From a virus, in the IMG/VR virus record IMGVR_UViG_3300025168_000033, positions 64,001 to 128,000 of that record: a DNA stretch of 64,000 nucleotides, one strand, 5' to 3'. This document shows positions 18,488 to 27,397 of this stretch, in pieces (positions within the stretch are counted from its first letter, which is position 1; every line of letters starts with the position of its first letter). The translations under genes and the position numbers were made by a program. Below the pieces are notes generated by a model that was given only the letters and a program-made list of their open reading frames with translations, was not told the origin of the DNA and did not search any database.

Positions 18488-20713
18488 TTAAAGTGATCTA
18501 TATTTCTTTTGAATAGCCTGCCAAACTTTTTCTGGTGTAGTATTTCTACCGGTAGCAAATTTATTAACGCTAGTAGAACCACGTTTATTAGGTGAAGTTA
18601 TTGATAATTGAATGAAAGGTTTGTCACCAATTTCGTTATATTGGAATGCCCATATTAATGCTAATTCATCAACTTTAACAGTGAATTCTACTGCACCATA
18701 AAAGTTTTCTTTTACATCTTCAACCTTCATATTTCCTAAATATTTGTCACCCTTTAATAAAAATTCCGTAAAAGATTTATACCAGTCGTTCGATCTTTTT
18801 TCAAATTCTGACAACGGCCATGCTTCATTAACAGATTCAAATTTCAGATTTTGAGTAACTTCTGGTGGAAGATCGTTATATTCAGAATCAATATATTTTT
18901 CTACATTATCTGGGTCTTTAACTGCTGTTAATAGTGCTGATTCTCTTTCGTCATCACTTAATTCATCCCATTTAATTGATTTTTGAGATTTCTCGTTTAA
19001 AAATTCGTCTAGTGATTCCGCAACTAATTTCATGTTTGGCTTTGATTTTGTCTGATTAATATTATCAAATATTCGTTGTCCAAATTTAGAAAGTTGATAT
19101 GTTTTTTCACCGCTTTCATTTTTTGATACTTTAAAGTAATTCATGTTTGATTTGAACCATCGAGTTTGATTAACTGATTTTCCTAAATCTTCTTCAACAC
19201 GAATTAACATATCCTTGATTTGTTCTTCGGTCATTATATTGTTACCAATATATTTGATAATTGAATTACGTAAGGGTGCTTTTTCATTTATACGTCTAGC
19301 ATCATAAATTCCATATTTACGTTTAATAGTATGTTTAGCTTCATTAACACTAACTATCTTAGCTTGTTTTATACGTGATTTATTTACTAATTCTTTTTCT
19401 TTCGTTTCAGCTTCTTCTTTAGTTTTAAATATTCCAGATTTAGCATTTTCCCCATCTTGGGTTTTATATTCAACTCTAAAACCTTCCCCTGATTGATTAA
19501 CTGATTCAGTTATAGAATTCAACATTTCCTGTTTACTAAATACTAAGCTTTTTGGATGACTTGAAAGTTCAAATGTAGTACTATACATAGCACTAAGTTT
19601 AGCACCAATTTCTTTACCATTTTTATCTGTTACGATATATTCATTGAAAGCGTTTGACTTTCTACCATAATCAGTAACAGTATAAACATTAGTATCTGTA
19701 TTAAATTTAGATCCGATTTCTATTTTATTGAAAATTTTAGTACCTAGCATACTGATTTTACTTCCAGAAATAGTTCCCTCATTTAAGTCATAAGATTCAC
19801 TAAATAATCTTCTACCTGTTTTATCTTCTAGATGTAATTTTGCTTTAGGATATTTCTCTTGCATTACATTAAATGTAGCAGGAGCAACATCTGGAGTAGA
19901 AACTGGTTCTTGATGAATTACTTTGCCATCTTGTATAACTACAATTACTGCTGGATAGCTTCCTTGAGTTGCAGCTTTATATACTTTACGTCTAGATGCT
20001 TCAGTAACTAATGATTCATCCATTACCATATATTTAGATGGAACTATAAATTCTCCTTGTCCACTTTTTACAATCATTCCTTTATTACCACGAGTCATCT
20101 TAATAACTTTATAAACATCGTCATAATCTAAAGAAACACCTTCCTTATCTAGAATTTCTTCAACAAAATGTGGAGCTCCCAGAACTACAAAATCACCTTT
20201 CTTGAATTTAGATTCGTTAATTTCTTTATTTTCCTCATTTGCTAAAGGATTAGGAATAGTAATTGATTTACCTTGATAAAATCTCTTTTTTAGTTTATCA
20301 ATAGTATCATTCTTCTTTAAATAGTAAGGATGCTCATATTGATCTGAATCATCTCCTACAATAAGAATAATATGTTCTCCTTCATCAGAACTATATATTT
20401 TAAAGTCTGAACCTAATACTTTACCTTTTATATTCTTTTTAGCCTCATTTACAGATTCGGTATATAATATTTCAGAATCAAAATTATATTTAGGACCATC
20501 TTGTTCAGCATCTTGTACATCTATAGTTCCGTTTTTATTAATATTGATAACTCTGAATTCAGTTCCAACTGAGGCACCTTTATGCATTTCTTCATCTCTA
20601 TCATCGTCACCAGTTTGATATATTACAACAATATCACCGACTTTTGATCGTTCGCCATTGTAATATTTTGCAGATGCCTCATTCAAGAAGTCTTCAAATT
20701 TTTCTATTGCCAT
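18488..20713 (-). CDS. Putative internal head polyprotein of small domains separated by xNE/xxE sites
   Basis: MAIEKFEDFLNEA; YTESVNEA, INES, MDESLVTEA, FSESYDLNEG, ITES, VNEA, VAESLDEFLNE, FESVNEA. Confidence 0.65.
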   Translation of the reverse strand: MAIEKFEDFLNEASAKYYNGERSKVGDIVVIYQTGDDDRDEEMHKGASVGTEFRVININKNGTIDVQDAEQDGPKYNFDSEILYTESVNEAKKNIKGKVLGSDFKIYSSDEGEHIILIVGDDSDQYEHPYYLKKNDTIDKLKKRFYQGKSITIPNPLANEENKEINESKFKKGDFVVLGAPHFVEEILDKEGVSLDYDDVYKVIKMTRGNKGMIVKSGQGEFIVPSKYMVMDESLVTEASRRKVYKAATQGSYPAVIVVIQDGKVIHQEPVSTPDVAPATFNVMQEKYPKAKLHLEDKTGRRLFSESYDLNEGTISGSKISMLGTKIFNKIEIGSKFNTDTNVYTVTDYGRKSNAFNEYIVTDKNGKEIGAKLSAMYSTTFELSSHPKSLVFSKQEMLNSITESVNQSGEGFRVEYKTQDGENAKSGIFKTKEEAETKEKELVNKSRIKQAKIVSVNEAKHTIKRKYGIYDARRINEKAPLRNSIIKYIGNNIMTEEQIKDMLIRVEEDLGKSVNQTRWFKSNMNYFKVSKNESGEKTYQLSKFGQRIFDNINQTKSKPNMKLVAESLDEFLNEKSQKSIKWDELSDDERESALLTAVKDPDNVEKYIDSEYNDLPPEVTQNLKFESVNEAWPLSEFEKRSNDWYKSFTEFLLKGDKYLGNMKVEDVKENFYGAVEFTVKVDELALIWAFQYNEIGDKPFIQLSITSPNKRGSTSVNKFATGRNTTPEKVWQAIQKKYRSL

Positions 20714-20730
20714 AATATAATTTTCTTTTA

Positions 20731-21585
20731 TTATTTATCTTCAGATAGTTCGTCTTTTAATTGAGGATAATATTGATGTGTAGTTGTATCAGTCATGGAT
20801 TTGAATGATTTTATATCATCTTCTATTAAAGCTTTACGAACTTTAGATGCACTAATATTATCATCAGTACGTTTTATTTCATGAGCTTTAAATTCTGGAT
20901 CTACATTTAAATCCAATCTATAAGAATCTTTTTGAATTTGACCGCTATAGGCTTTTAATCTATCTGATCCAGTACCCCACAAAATAGGCTCATATTCAGG
21001 ACGTAATTCATTATAAATTGTATCTATACCCGCTCTTGAAATAGTTCTGAATCCTTCTATAAATTTATGTTTCTTTGCAAGATCGTTAAATATTTGCTCT
21101 ATTAAACCTTCACTAAACGGTGTTTTTTCCTTGTTAATTTTCTTTGCACGCACCATAAGTACTATTACAGGATATCCATTTTCTTCGGACAAAGATTTAA
21201 GAACTTTTATATGTCCTAGCGTCGGAGGTTGAAAACGTCCCGCAATAATATTAACTTTTTTATTGCCAGGTTCTGTTGAATCTACCTTTAAAGCTTCATT
21301 TAAAGATTCAGATATTTTTCCGGTTTTAGATACTTTATAATATGTAGGTATTTTATCCCAATCTTTACCGTTAGTTTTTATGCCTGAATACATTTGATTT
21401 TTATCACTTTTCCATGCACCACCAGTTCCATCTTTATATTTGATCATGGTTGGTGTTTCTTCATAAAACCACCAATCGCCATCAGAATGCTGTGCTAAAT
21501 ATCTTGCCCAATCTGGGATATTTTTAAATTTAGGAAATTGTTTTCCTTCATTTATGAAATCAAAAAATCTTTTGAATCTATTCAT
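20731..21585 (-). CDS. HxGH-class nucleotidyltransferase (cytidylyltransferase/NMNAT-like) with an extra N-terminal domain and CTS-like leader
   Basis: GRFQPPTLGH, GSDR, ISASKVRKAL; leader MNRFKRFFDFINEG; internal ISESLNEA. Confidence 0.85.
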   Translation of the reverse strand: MNRFKRFFDFINEGKQFPKFKNIPDWARYLAQHSDGDWWFYEETPTMIKYKDGTGGAWKSDKNQMYSGIKTNGKDWDKIPTYYKVSKTGKISESLNEALKVDSTEPGNKKVNIIAGRFQPPTLGHIKVLKSLSEENGYPVIVLMVRAKKINKEKTPFSEGLIEQIFNDLAKKHKFIEGFRTISRAGIDTIYNELRPEYEPILWGTGSDRLKAYSGQIQKDSYRLDLNVDPEFKAHEIKRTDDNISASKVRKALIEDDIKSFKSMTDTTTHQYYPQLKDELSEDK

Positions 21586-21586
21586 G

Positions 21587-22816
21587 TTAATTGTTTAATT
21601 TTAGAAATTCAGAAAATGATAAAGTAACATCAGATTCATTTGTATTTTTAGCTATTGTAACATTATCAATATTTGTAATGATTTGATTGATGTCATTAAT
21701 CATAGCCTTATCTATAACCTGTGTTGCTCGTTTACGTAATTTTTTAAATGTTCCAATAAGAACTTTAAAAGTATCATGATAAAGCGGCTTAGACTTTATT
21801 AATTTTAATGCTTCTTTATTATCTATAAATTTATAGTTAACTTTGAATTCAGGTATTTTTGCAAAATCTGGAGTATCAAATTCAAATCCATCTATGACAG
21901 ATTTCTTTTTAGATACAAAGTCTACAAATATCTGTGACATTAAATCGATATATCTATCGTCTTTTGTATTACCCGATATTGAATAAGAATCAACACCATT
22001 AATTCTCATAAATTCAACCATTTGCATAATAGCAATTGCCGTTGAATCCGGTGTTTGTCTTGGCTTTTGTCTGTCTTTTGATTTTAATCTAGCATTTGCA
22101 GTAAAAAGTGGATCGACCATTTTAGCACTAAATTCTTCTTTAGGACCGCTTATGAATTTAAAAACAATTCCTTCAATAGGCTTGTCTAGATCATTTTGTA
22201 ATGCAGTTTTTTTAAGCTTTGGATTAATTATAGATAGAATATATCTTACAAATGAAGTAGTTTCAAATTTCTTAACTAGATCTTCAAATGGTGTTTGAAT
22301 AAATTCCAATAGGTCTTCTCTTTGTTGTGGTTTTAATTTGCCACTAAAATATACAGGCGGTTCATCAACATTAATTATATTAGCCCATTTACTAAGAACC
22401 TTTGGATCGGTAATAACTTTCTTGGTTCTTCCACCTGAATCAACAATTTTTATATCTGTAAGAACTAAAGAATTTTTAGGCATTTTATCATATAACGTAT
22501 TGACTGGCTTCTTGTTTACAAAATATTCAAATCCAAATCTAAAATCTGTTGGCAATAATTTCTTTTTAGAATCTGCAATAGCCTCAATAAATTCAATAGG
22601 CCTTTCAAATACAGACATCATAGTTCTTTCAACCTTACTAATAGGATTTTTAGGATCTCTTTTATAGAATAAAATTGATTGATCCGATTGCTTTTGAAAT
22701 TCAAATCTAGTACCATCCAATTTCTCAGATACTAATACATAATTATTTAAAAGTGACTTAACAAATTCTTCTCCTTTTTTAGAAGATATATCAAATAAGT
22801 GTGGTAATCCGGCCAT
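21587..22816 (-). CDS. ATP-dependent ligase-like covalent nucleotidyltransferase (RNA-ligase-like)
   Basis: Motif I SEKLDG, III FGFEYF, IIIa LVLTDI, IV EGIVFK, V SAKMV. Confidence 0.7.
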   Translation of the reverse strand: MAGLPHLFDISSKKGEEFVKSLLNNYVLVSEKLDGTRFEFQKQSDQSILFYKRDPKNPISKVERTMMSVFERPIEFIEAIADSKKKLLPTDFRFGFEYFVNKKPVNTLYDKMPKNSLVLTDIKIVDSGGRTKKVITDPKVLSKWANIINVDEPPVYFSGKLKPQQREDLLEFIQTPFEDLVKKFETTSFVRYILSIINPKLKKTALQNDLDKPIEGIVFKFISGPKEEFSAKMVDPLFTANARLKSKDRQKPRQTPDSTAIAIMQMVEFMRINGVDSYSISGNTKDDRYIDLMSQIFVDFVSKKKSVIDGFEFDTPDFAKIPEFKVNYKFIDNKEALKLIKSKPLYHDTFKVLIGTFKKLRKRATQVIDKAMINDINQIITNIDNVTIAKNTNESDVTLSFSEFLKLNN

Positions 22817-22835
22817 TGTTTTTGTTTATGTTGTA

Positions 22836-23990
22836 TTATTTTATTTTCATTCCAATCATCATATTCTTATCGGAAATACCAATAACAATACCATCTCTTT
22901 CATATTCAGTTCCGTCAGCATAAGCACCAATTGGCTTAACATATTTAAATCCAAGATTTTTAATAAGTTTTGAAGTAATATCAAATCCTAGACTGGATTC
23001 AAATCCAGTAACTTTACCAAATCCAGTAACAAATCCTGTTTTAGCTGCAATTATACCTTTAGGATTTTTTTGAAATGCTTCAGGAGCAACAGTCTTAAAT
23101 TCTTTTACAAATGCTTTCCATATTGGATCACTAGATAATGTTTTTCTGTCCCAAGTAAAATCACGAATCATTGAAAAACTATCCGATTCAAATACTTCTA
23201 TTCCATTATCACCATAGAATTTTTTAATTATATCGTAAAGATCGTCCTTTGCATCTTGATTATTTTTTATAAAAACTTTTAACGGTCTTATTAGATTTAA
23301 AAAGTTTTTTCTACTAAGCTTCATTTCTTCATCTATAAATTCAGACTCATTAATAGATTTAAGATTTAATTCAATTAAAGTATTAACACCATCTCTATGA
23401 ACCTCAGAAAATTTGACATCACCAAAATCAGATAAAATATCTTTTAAAATTGTTGTATCTAATTCTATTATCTCATCTTTTAAATGTTCATAAGCAGAAG
23501 TATAAAATTGTAATTTGCCACTTCTTAATCGTGCTATTAATATTCCAATATTTTCAACTGCTAGCCAGGCATGCCTATTTCTTTTGCCTCTTCGACTTAC
23601 TTTACGAGCCATTAATTCTTCTATTAAAAGCGCTTGAAATCTAGAACTAGCCTGATCAACACCACTATAAGTAATATTATCTGTTACAAAAAAATCATAT
23701 AGTGTATCAGCTTTAAAAGTTTCATTTAATGGAAATGACCATTGTCTTGATGACATTGGTGCATAAGGAGCTAATTTCTTCCATGCCTTTTCAGCATCTT
23801 TACGTTTACCAGCTTTATCCAGATCCTGTATCATTTGATTAGTTGTTTCCCAATCAGCAATACCAGCCTTATAAGCTCTCGGATCATCACTCATCATATA
23901 AGTCCAATCCATAGATTTTAATTGTGCCTCAAGATCCTTGATAGTAACTCTTTCATTTAAGAAATCGTCAAACTTTTTAAATTGTCCCAT
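22836..23990 (-). CDS. Putative internal head multi-domain protein
   Basis: Leader MGQFKKFDDFLNER; internal LNET, INES, VFES; DW.Y..SDD.R domain. Confidence 0.6.
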   Translation of the reverse strand: MGQFKKFDDFLNERVTIKDLEAQLKSMDWTYMMSDDPRAYKAGIADWETTNQMIQDLDKAGKRKDAEKAWKKLAPYAPMSSRQWSFPLNETFKADTLYDFFVTDNITYSGVDQASSRFQALLIEELMARKVSRRGKRNRHAWLAVENIGILIARLRSGKLQFYTSAYEHLKDEIIELDTTILKDILSDFGDVKFSEVHRDGVNTLIELNLKSINESEFIDEEMKLSRKNFLNLIRPLKVFIKNNQDAKDDLYDIIKKFYGDNGIEVFESDSFSMIRDFTWDRKTLSSDPIWKAFVKEFKTVAPEAFQKNPKGIIAAKTGFVTGFGKVTGFESSLGFDITSKLIKNLGFKYVKPIGAYADGTEYERDGIVIGISDKNMMIGMKIK

Positions 23991-24004
23991 TGTAATTTAT
24001 AATT

Positions 24005-24943
24005 TTAATTCCATCCGCCAGAATAGTAATCACTACCACCTGAAACTTTTGGTATTTTGAATGTTTTTCCGTTTATTGTAAATGTAGCTGTGTAAAAATA
24101 TGTAGTAGAAAATGAAGAACTAACAACTGCGCTATGCTCACTTCCTAGCATCTTGATTTCTTTTACATCTATTTTATCCCACTTAACATCATCACCTTTT
24201 AGTATAATTTCTTTAATGTATGCAAATGGTTTAGCCATTGGAGGTTGAACCCATGCCAATTTACCAAGATTAGTTCCGTTTCCACCAGGTCTATCTGCAA
24301 CTTTATACATGTCTGTCTTATATTCTATTAGTTCTCTGATATTGAAATCCGTCCACCAACTTCTTGCAAATTGAGCCATCTTTGGAATTCCAAATTTTAA
24401 TATATGAGCCTTCTCAACATCAGTAAAAGTTTTAATTATATCATAAAGCTTGTATTTTTTGTTAAGTTCACGTCTATCTTTACTTGCAAGACCAGACCAT
24501 AATGCATATATAATCTCATCATCGTCATTATCTTCAATTAGCTTAGTATATGAAGCTGCTAATCTAACTGCTTCTTCCTTGCTTCTAGGATCTGCATTAT
24601 TACGATGTGCATCTTTATAATCATCACCAAAGTTTCTGAATACCTCTGTAAATTCCTTTATCATCTTTGAATTTGGTGTTCTACCTGTTCCAGCTGCAGC
24701 TAATATATCATTTTTATCGTTTTCACCGAGTTCAGCAAATTTAGGATCTTTAACAAGCTTTGCTAATGTTATATTTGTATCAATTCCAGCATTTTTTAAT
24801 GACCAAGCAAGATCTCCTTGTTTACTTTCAACATCACCTTTACTATAAGAATTCTTTATTGTATAAACTTTCTTTACAACTTTCATATAATCGCCGTAAT
24901 AAGCTTCGTTTAAAAATTGTTCATAGGATTGTATCTTCTTCAT
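24005..24943 (-). CDS. Putative internal head protein
   Basis: Leader MKKIQSYEQFLNEA, identical to that of the neighbouring gene. Confidence 0.65.
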   Translation of the reverse strand: MKKIQSYEQFLNEAYYGDYMKVVKKVYTIKNSYSKGDVESKQGDLAWSLKNAGIDTNITLAKLVKDPKFAELGENDKNDILAAAGTGRTPNSKMIKEFTEVFRNFGDDYKDAHRNNADPRSKEEAVRLAASYTKLIEDNDDDEIIYALWSGLASKDRRELNKKYKLYDIIKTFTDVEKAHILKFGIPKMAQFARSWWTDFNIRELIEYKTDMYKVADRPGGNGTNLGKLAWVQPPMAKPFAYIKEIILKGDDVKWDKIDVKEIKMLGSEHSAVVSSSFSTTYFYTATFTINGKTFKIPKVSGGSDYYSGGWN

Positions 24944-24946
24944 AAT
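24902..24946. repeat. 45-bp direct repeat, copy 1 (leader cassette)
   Basis: 44/45 identical to 25343-25387. Confidence 0.9.
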
Positions 24947-24952
24947 ATGTAT

Positions 24953-25384
24953 TTATTTGTTTAGGTCTTTATTAAAATCAATGTAACTATCACGATCTGT
25001 AAGTTTTTTCATTCCTTGAACCATATCTCTAGTTAATGATTCTTTATTATCGTATGCAATAACTAAAAAGAAGTCTGCGTTGTTACCACTGTCATTTTGT
25101 CTATCTGAAGATTCCCATCCCGGACCCCATTTCACCCAAGATCCATTTACTGATTCAAGATTTTTCACATCCTTAGTATAAAGATCACCAGCAGCATTGG
25201 TTGTTAACAAATATGCAAAGTCTTCTTTATATTTGAAGTTTTTGTCTTTTGGTTCATAAACATCGAATCCGAGTTTCTTAAGACCTTTTTTGATATTAGG
25301 CATATCACGTATAATGTAATGTGGTTCATATCTAGAAGTATTAGCTTCGTTTAAAAATTGTTCATATGATTGTATCTTCTTCAT
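24953..25384 (-). CDS. Putative internal head protein
   Basis: Leader MKKIQSYEQFLNEA; GATATATAA motif upstream at 25403-25412. Confidence 0.65.
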   Translation of the reverse strand: MKKIQSYEQFLNEANTSRYEPHYIIRDMPNIKKGLKKLGFDVYEPKDKNFKYKEDFAYLLTTNAAGDLYTKDVKNLESVNGSWVKWGPGWESSDRQNDSGNNADFFLVIAYDNKESLTRDMVQGMKKLTDRDSYIDFNKDLNK

Positions 25385-25387
25385 AAT
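25343..25387. repeat. 45-bp direct repeat, copy 2 (leader cassette)
   Basis: 44/45 identical to 24902-24946; the single difference is synonymous (Ser TCA/TCC). Confidence 0.9.
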
Positions 25388-25453
25388 CGTACTTTTGTTT
25401 TTTTATATATCTTTGCACTATCTATAGTTAAATATAAACAATTTTTTTGACAT

Positions 25454-25486
25454 AAAAAAATCTGGAAGTAACGAATTTCCAGATTT
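25454..25486 (-). terminator. Rho-independent terminator
   Basis: AAATCTGGAA / TTCCAGATTT stem running into T7 on the minus strand, downstream of the NTase gene. Confidence 0.75.
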
Positions 25487-25490
25487 AAAT

Positions 25491-25513
25491 GGTCGTAACC
25501 ATCCCGGTCCTAA
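25491..25513 (-). other. 23S rRNA helix-69-like segment, antisense on the mRNA strand
   Basis: + strand GGTCGTAACCATCCCGGTCCTAA versus conserved 23S GGCCGTAACTATAACGGTCCTAA, 19/23 identical. Confidence 0.55.
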
Positions 25514-25525
25514 AATCGGTTTATT

Positions 25526-26455
25526 TTATGCCATTTCACTTGGATAAGGAAATCCAGCCTTGACAATTCCTTCTTTATATACTTTTATTATTTCACTTAA
25601 TTTGTGTTTGTGAATAAATTTAGATGAATTCATCCAGTTCCAAATAGATTCGAATGAATTTAAATCATTCACCTTTCCTTCGGGTCCTAAAACAAATTTA
25701 GCAATATCATCAATATTTTTTGTAATAGCTTTGTCTGCACCTTTAATTGTAGATGCATTTTTCTTTCTTCCCCTTTTACCGTCAAATGATTTAGTTTGTA
25801 TTTTTAAACCGTCATGTGCAGTAAGAGTATATTTTTGAAAGTCTTTTACTAATCCTTCATATTCACCGCCAAATTCTTTCTTATAGATATTTGGTTCACC
25901 ATCAAAATCGATATTTTGAATAATATCATAAATAAGTTTAGTTCTATAAACTCCTTTATATTTTGATTCTTCTTTTGTAAAGTCTGGTGAATGATAAATG
26001 AATGTTGCTAATTTAATATCATCAACAACCATAAAATCTATTTGAACAAATTTATCTGTAATCTTGCCTTTTTCATCATACTGTGGAAATTTAATGTTTG
26101 TAACACCTAATCCTTTAGTAAGATTTGTTTCATATTTAGGAAATGTTTTTGTTAGTTGATTATAAACTTCCGTAACAACATCGCCAAATGATAATTTATT
26201 TGCAGCACCATAAACTAATCCGTTTATTGAAATATCAATATCACCAGATGTAGATCCAGCTTTCTTTTTAAATGTACTTCCTAATACACCATATTCATCT
26301 TTATTTAAACCAAGAACTGGCTTGATAAATGTCTTTAATAAAACGTCAAATGTCGGTTTTTGATATTCCGCTGGAATAGGATGAGTGCCATTAAATGCAT
26401 TACCTGATTCCAGTAATCTTTCTTCAACAAAAGCTTCAAATAATTTAAATTCCAT
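25526..26455 (-). CDS. Pol-beta-superfamily nucleotidyltransferase with CTS-like leader
   Basis: LGS...SGDIDISI ... VQIDFM catalytic triad pattern; leader MEFKLFEAFVEERLLES. Confidence 0.8.
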   Translation of the reverse strand: MEFKLFEAFVEERLLESGNAFNGTHPIPAEYQKPTFDVLLKTFIKPVLGLNKDEYGVLGSTFKKKAGSTSGDIDISINGLVYGAANKLSFGDVVTEVYNQLTKTFPKYETNLTKGLGVTNIKFPQYDEKGKITDKFVQIDFMVVDDIKLATFIYHSPDFTKEESKYKGVYRTKLIYDIIQNIDFDGEPNIYKKEFGGEYEGLVKDFQKYTLTAHDGLKIQTKSFDGKRGRKKNASTIKGADKAITKNIDDIAKFVLGPEGKVNDLNSFESIWNWMNSSKFIHKHKLSEIIKVYKEGIVKAGFPYPSEMA

Positions 26456-26470
26456 TTATTGATTATATTT

Positions 26471-26896
26471 TTAAGCTATTTTATACAATGCCTTATATAC
26501 TGTATTAATTTGCTTTTCTAATGTATTTAACTTTTTAGGATCCATTTTTTTAATAGATTCAGCAACCCAATACTGTGTACCTTCATGACCTAAAAGAGCA
26601 ACTAAGTCACCGAATGCTTTCATAGTCGAACCTGCATTAGCTTCATTTACTACATCATTAACCGATTCATAAACATCGATTTCTGGATTTTTTGATTTAA
26701 TTAATTTCTTTTCCGCCGAGTCAATAGCATCACTTAAATTATCCTGATATTCAGGATTAATAAATCCTTCCCAATCACCAGAATTTTGTAATTCAGTTAA
26801 TCCAACTATACAGGCTTCTATTTCCATCTCTTCTAATTTAATATTAGATGCTTTACCCTCAGTTAAAAAGTCTTTATATGCTTTTATATTTTTCAT
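26471..26896 (-). CDS. Putative internal head protein
   Basis: Leader MKNIKAYKDFLTEG; internal VYESVNDVVNEA. Confidence 0.6.
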   Translation of the reverse strand: MKNIKAYKDFLTEGKASNIKLEEMEIEACIVGLTELQNSGDWEGFINPEYQDNLSDAIDSAEKKLIKSKNPEIDVYESVNDVVNEANAGSTMKAFGDLVALLGHEGTQYWVAESIKKMDPKKLNTLEKQINTVYKALYKIA

Positions 26897-26913
26897 ATTT
26901 AAAAAAATGATTT

Positions 26914-27357
26914 TTATTTAGTTGTAGAATCCATACTTGGTGTATCTTTATCACCAGTAACTTTAAATGTTTCTCCTTCAAATTCAAATTCATCTTTACC
27001 ATCATCGATAGCTTTTTGTCTAGCTGCAGAAAATGCATTACCTTCTTTTATTTTAGCTTCATTAGCTGCTTCTTCTTCTTCACTTTCACCATCACCGTAT
27101 TCATTAGCTGCTTCTTCTTCTTCTTCACTTTCACCATCACCATATTCATTAGTTTTAGCTTCCATCATAGGTTTTAAAGAATCATAAAATTTAATTTGAT
27201 CCTCTTCGCTTAGTTCGCTTGGACTAGATACTTTAAACTCTTTTAATTTTTCGTTAAAAAGTTGAATATGCTTTTTATATGCATTCTTTTTTGAAGCTTC
27301 AGCTATTGCTGCAGTTCTTTGTTTCTTGAATTTTGAAAATTTTAAAATATTTCCCAT
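26914..27357 (-). CDS. Acidic putative internal head / core protein with a tandem repeat
   Basis: MGNILKFSKFK leader; NEYGDGESEEEE(E)AA x2; IKEGNAFSAARQKA..GKDEFEFEG motif; GATATATAA upstream at 27381-27390. Confidence 0.6.
   Translation of the reverse strand: MGNILKFSKFKKQRTAAIAEASKKNAYKKHIQLFNEKLKEFKVSSPSELSEEDQIKFYDSLKPMMEAKTNEYGDGESEEEEEAANEYGDGESEEEEAANEAKIKEGNAFSAARQKAIDDGKDEFEFEGETFKVTGDKDTPSMDSTTK
27058..27152. repeat. In-frame tandem repeat (42 bp + 45 bp + partial)
   Basis: TTCATTAGCTGC(TTC)nACTTTCACCATCACCRTA twice. Confidence 0.9.
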
Positions 27358-27397
27358 TATAGTTCTTTGTTTTAATTTATTTATATATCCTTTTGTA

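Noticed and set aside
22140-22148. Second TTAGGACCG / CGGTCCTAA match (and GGTCCTAA at 25683-25690)
   Set aside because: Both lie in coding sequence (SGPK and LGP codons) and do not extend cleanly along the 23S sequence; likely chance
25408-25415. Bacteroidota -7 promoter element TATCTTTG on the + strand
   Set aside because: No TTTG at the expected -33 spacing, and it is simply the reverse complement of the late-like motif
25491-25513. Calling the H69-like segment an rRNA gene or fragment
   Set aside because: Only 23 nt with four substitutions and no flanking rRNA similarity; reported as a finding instead
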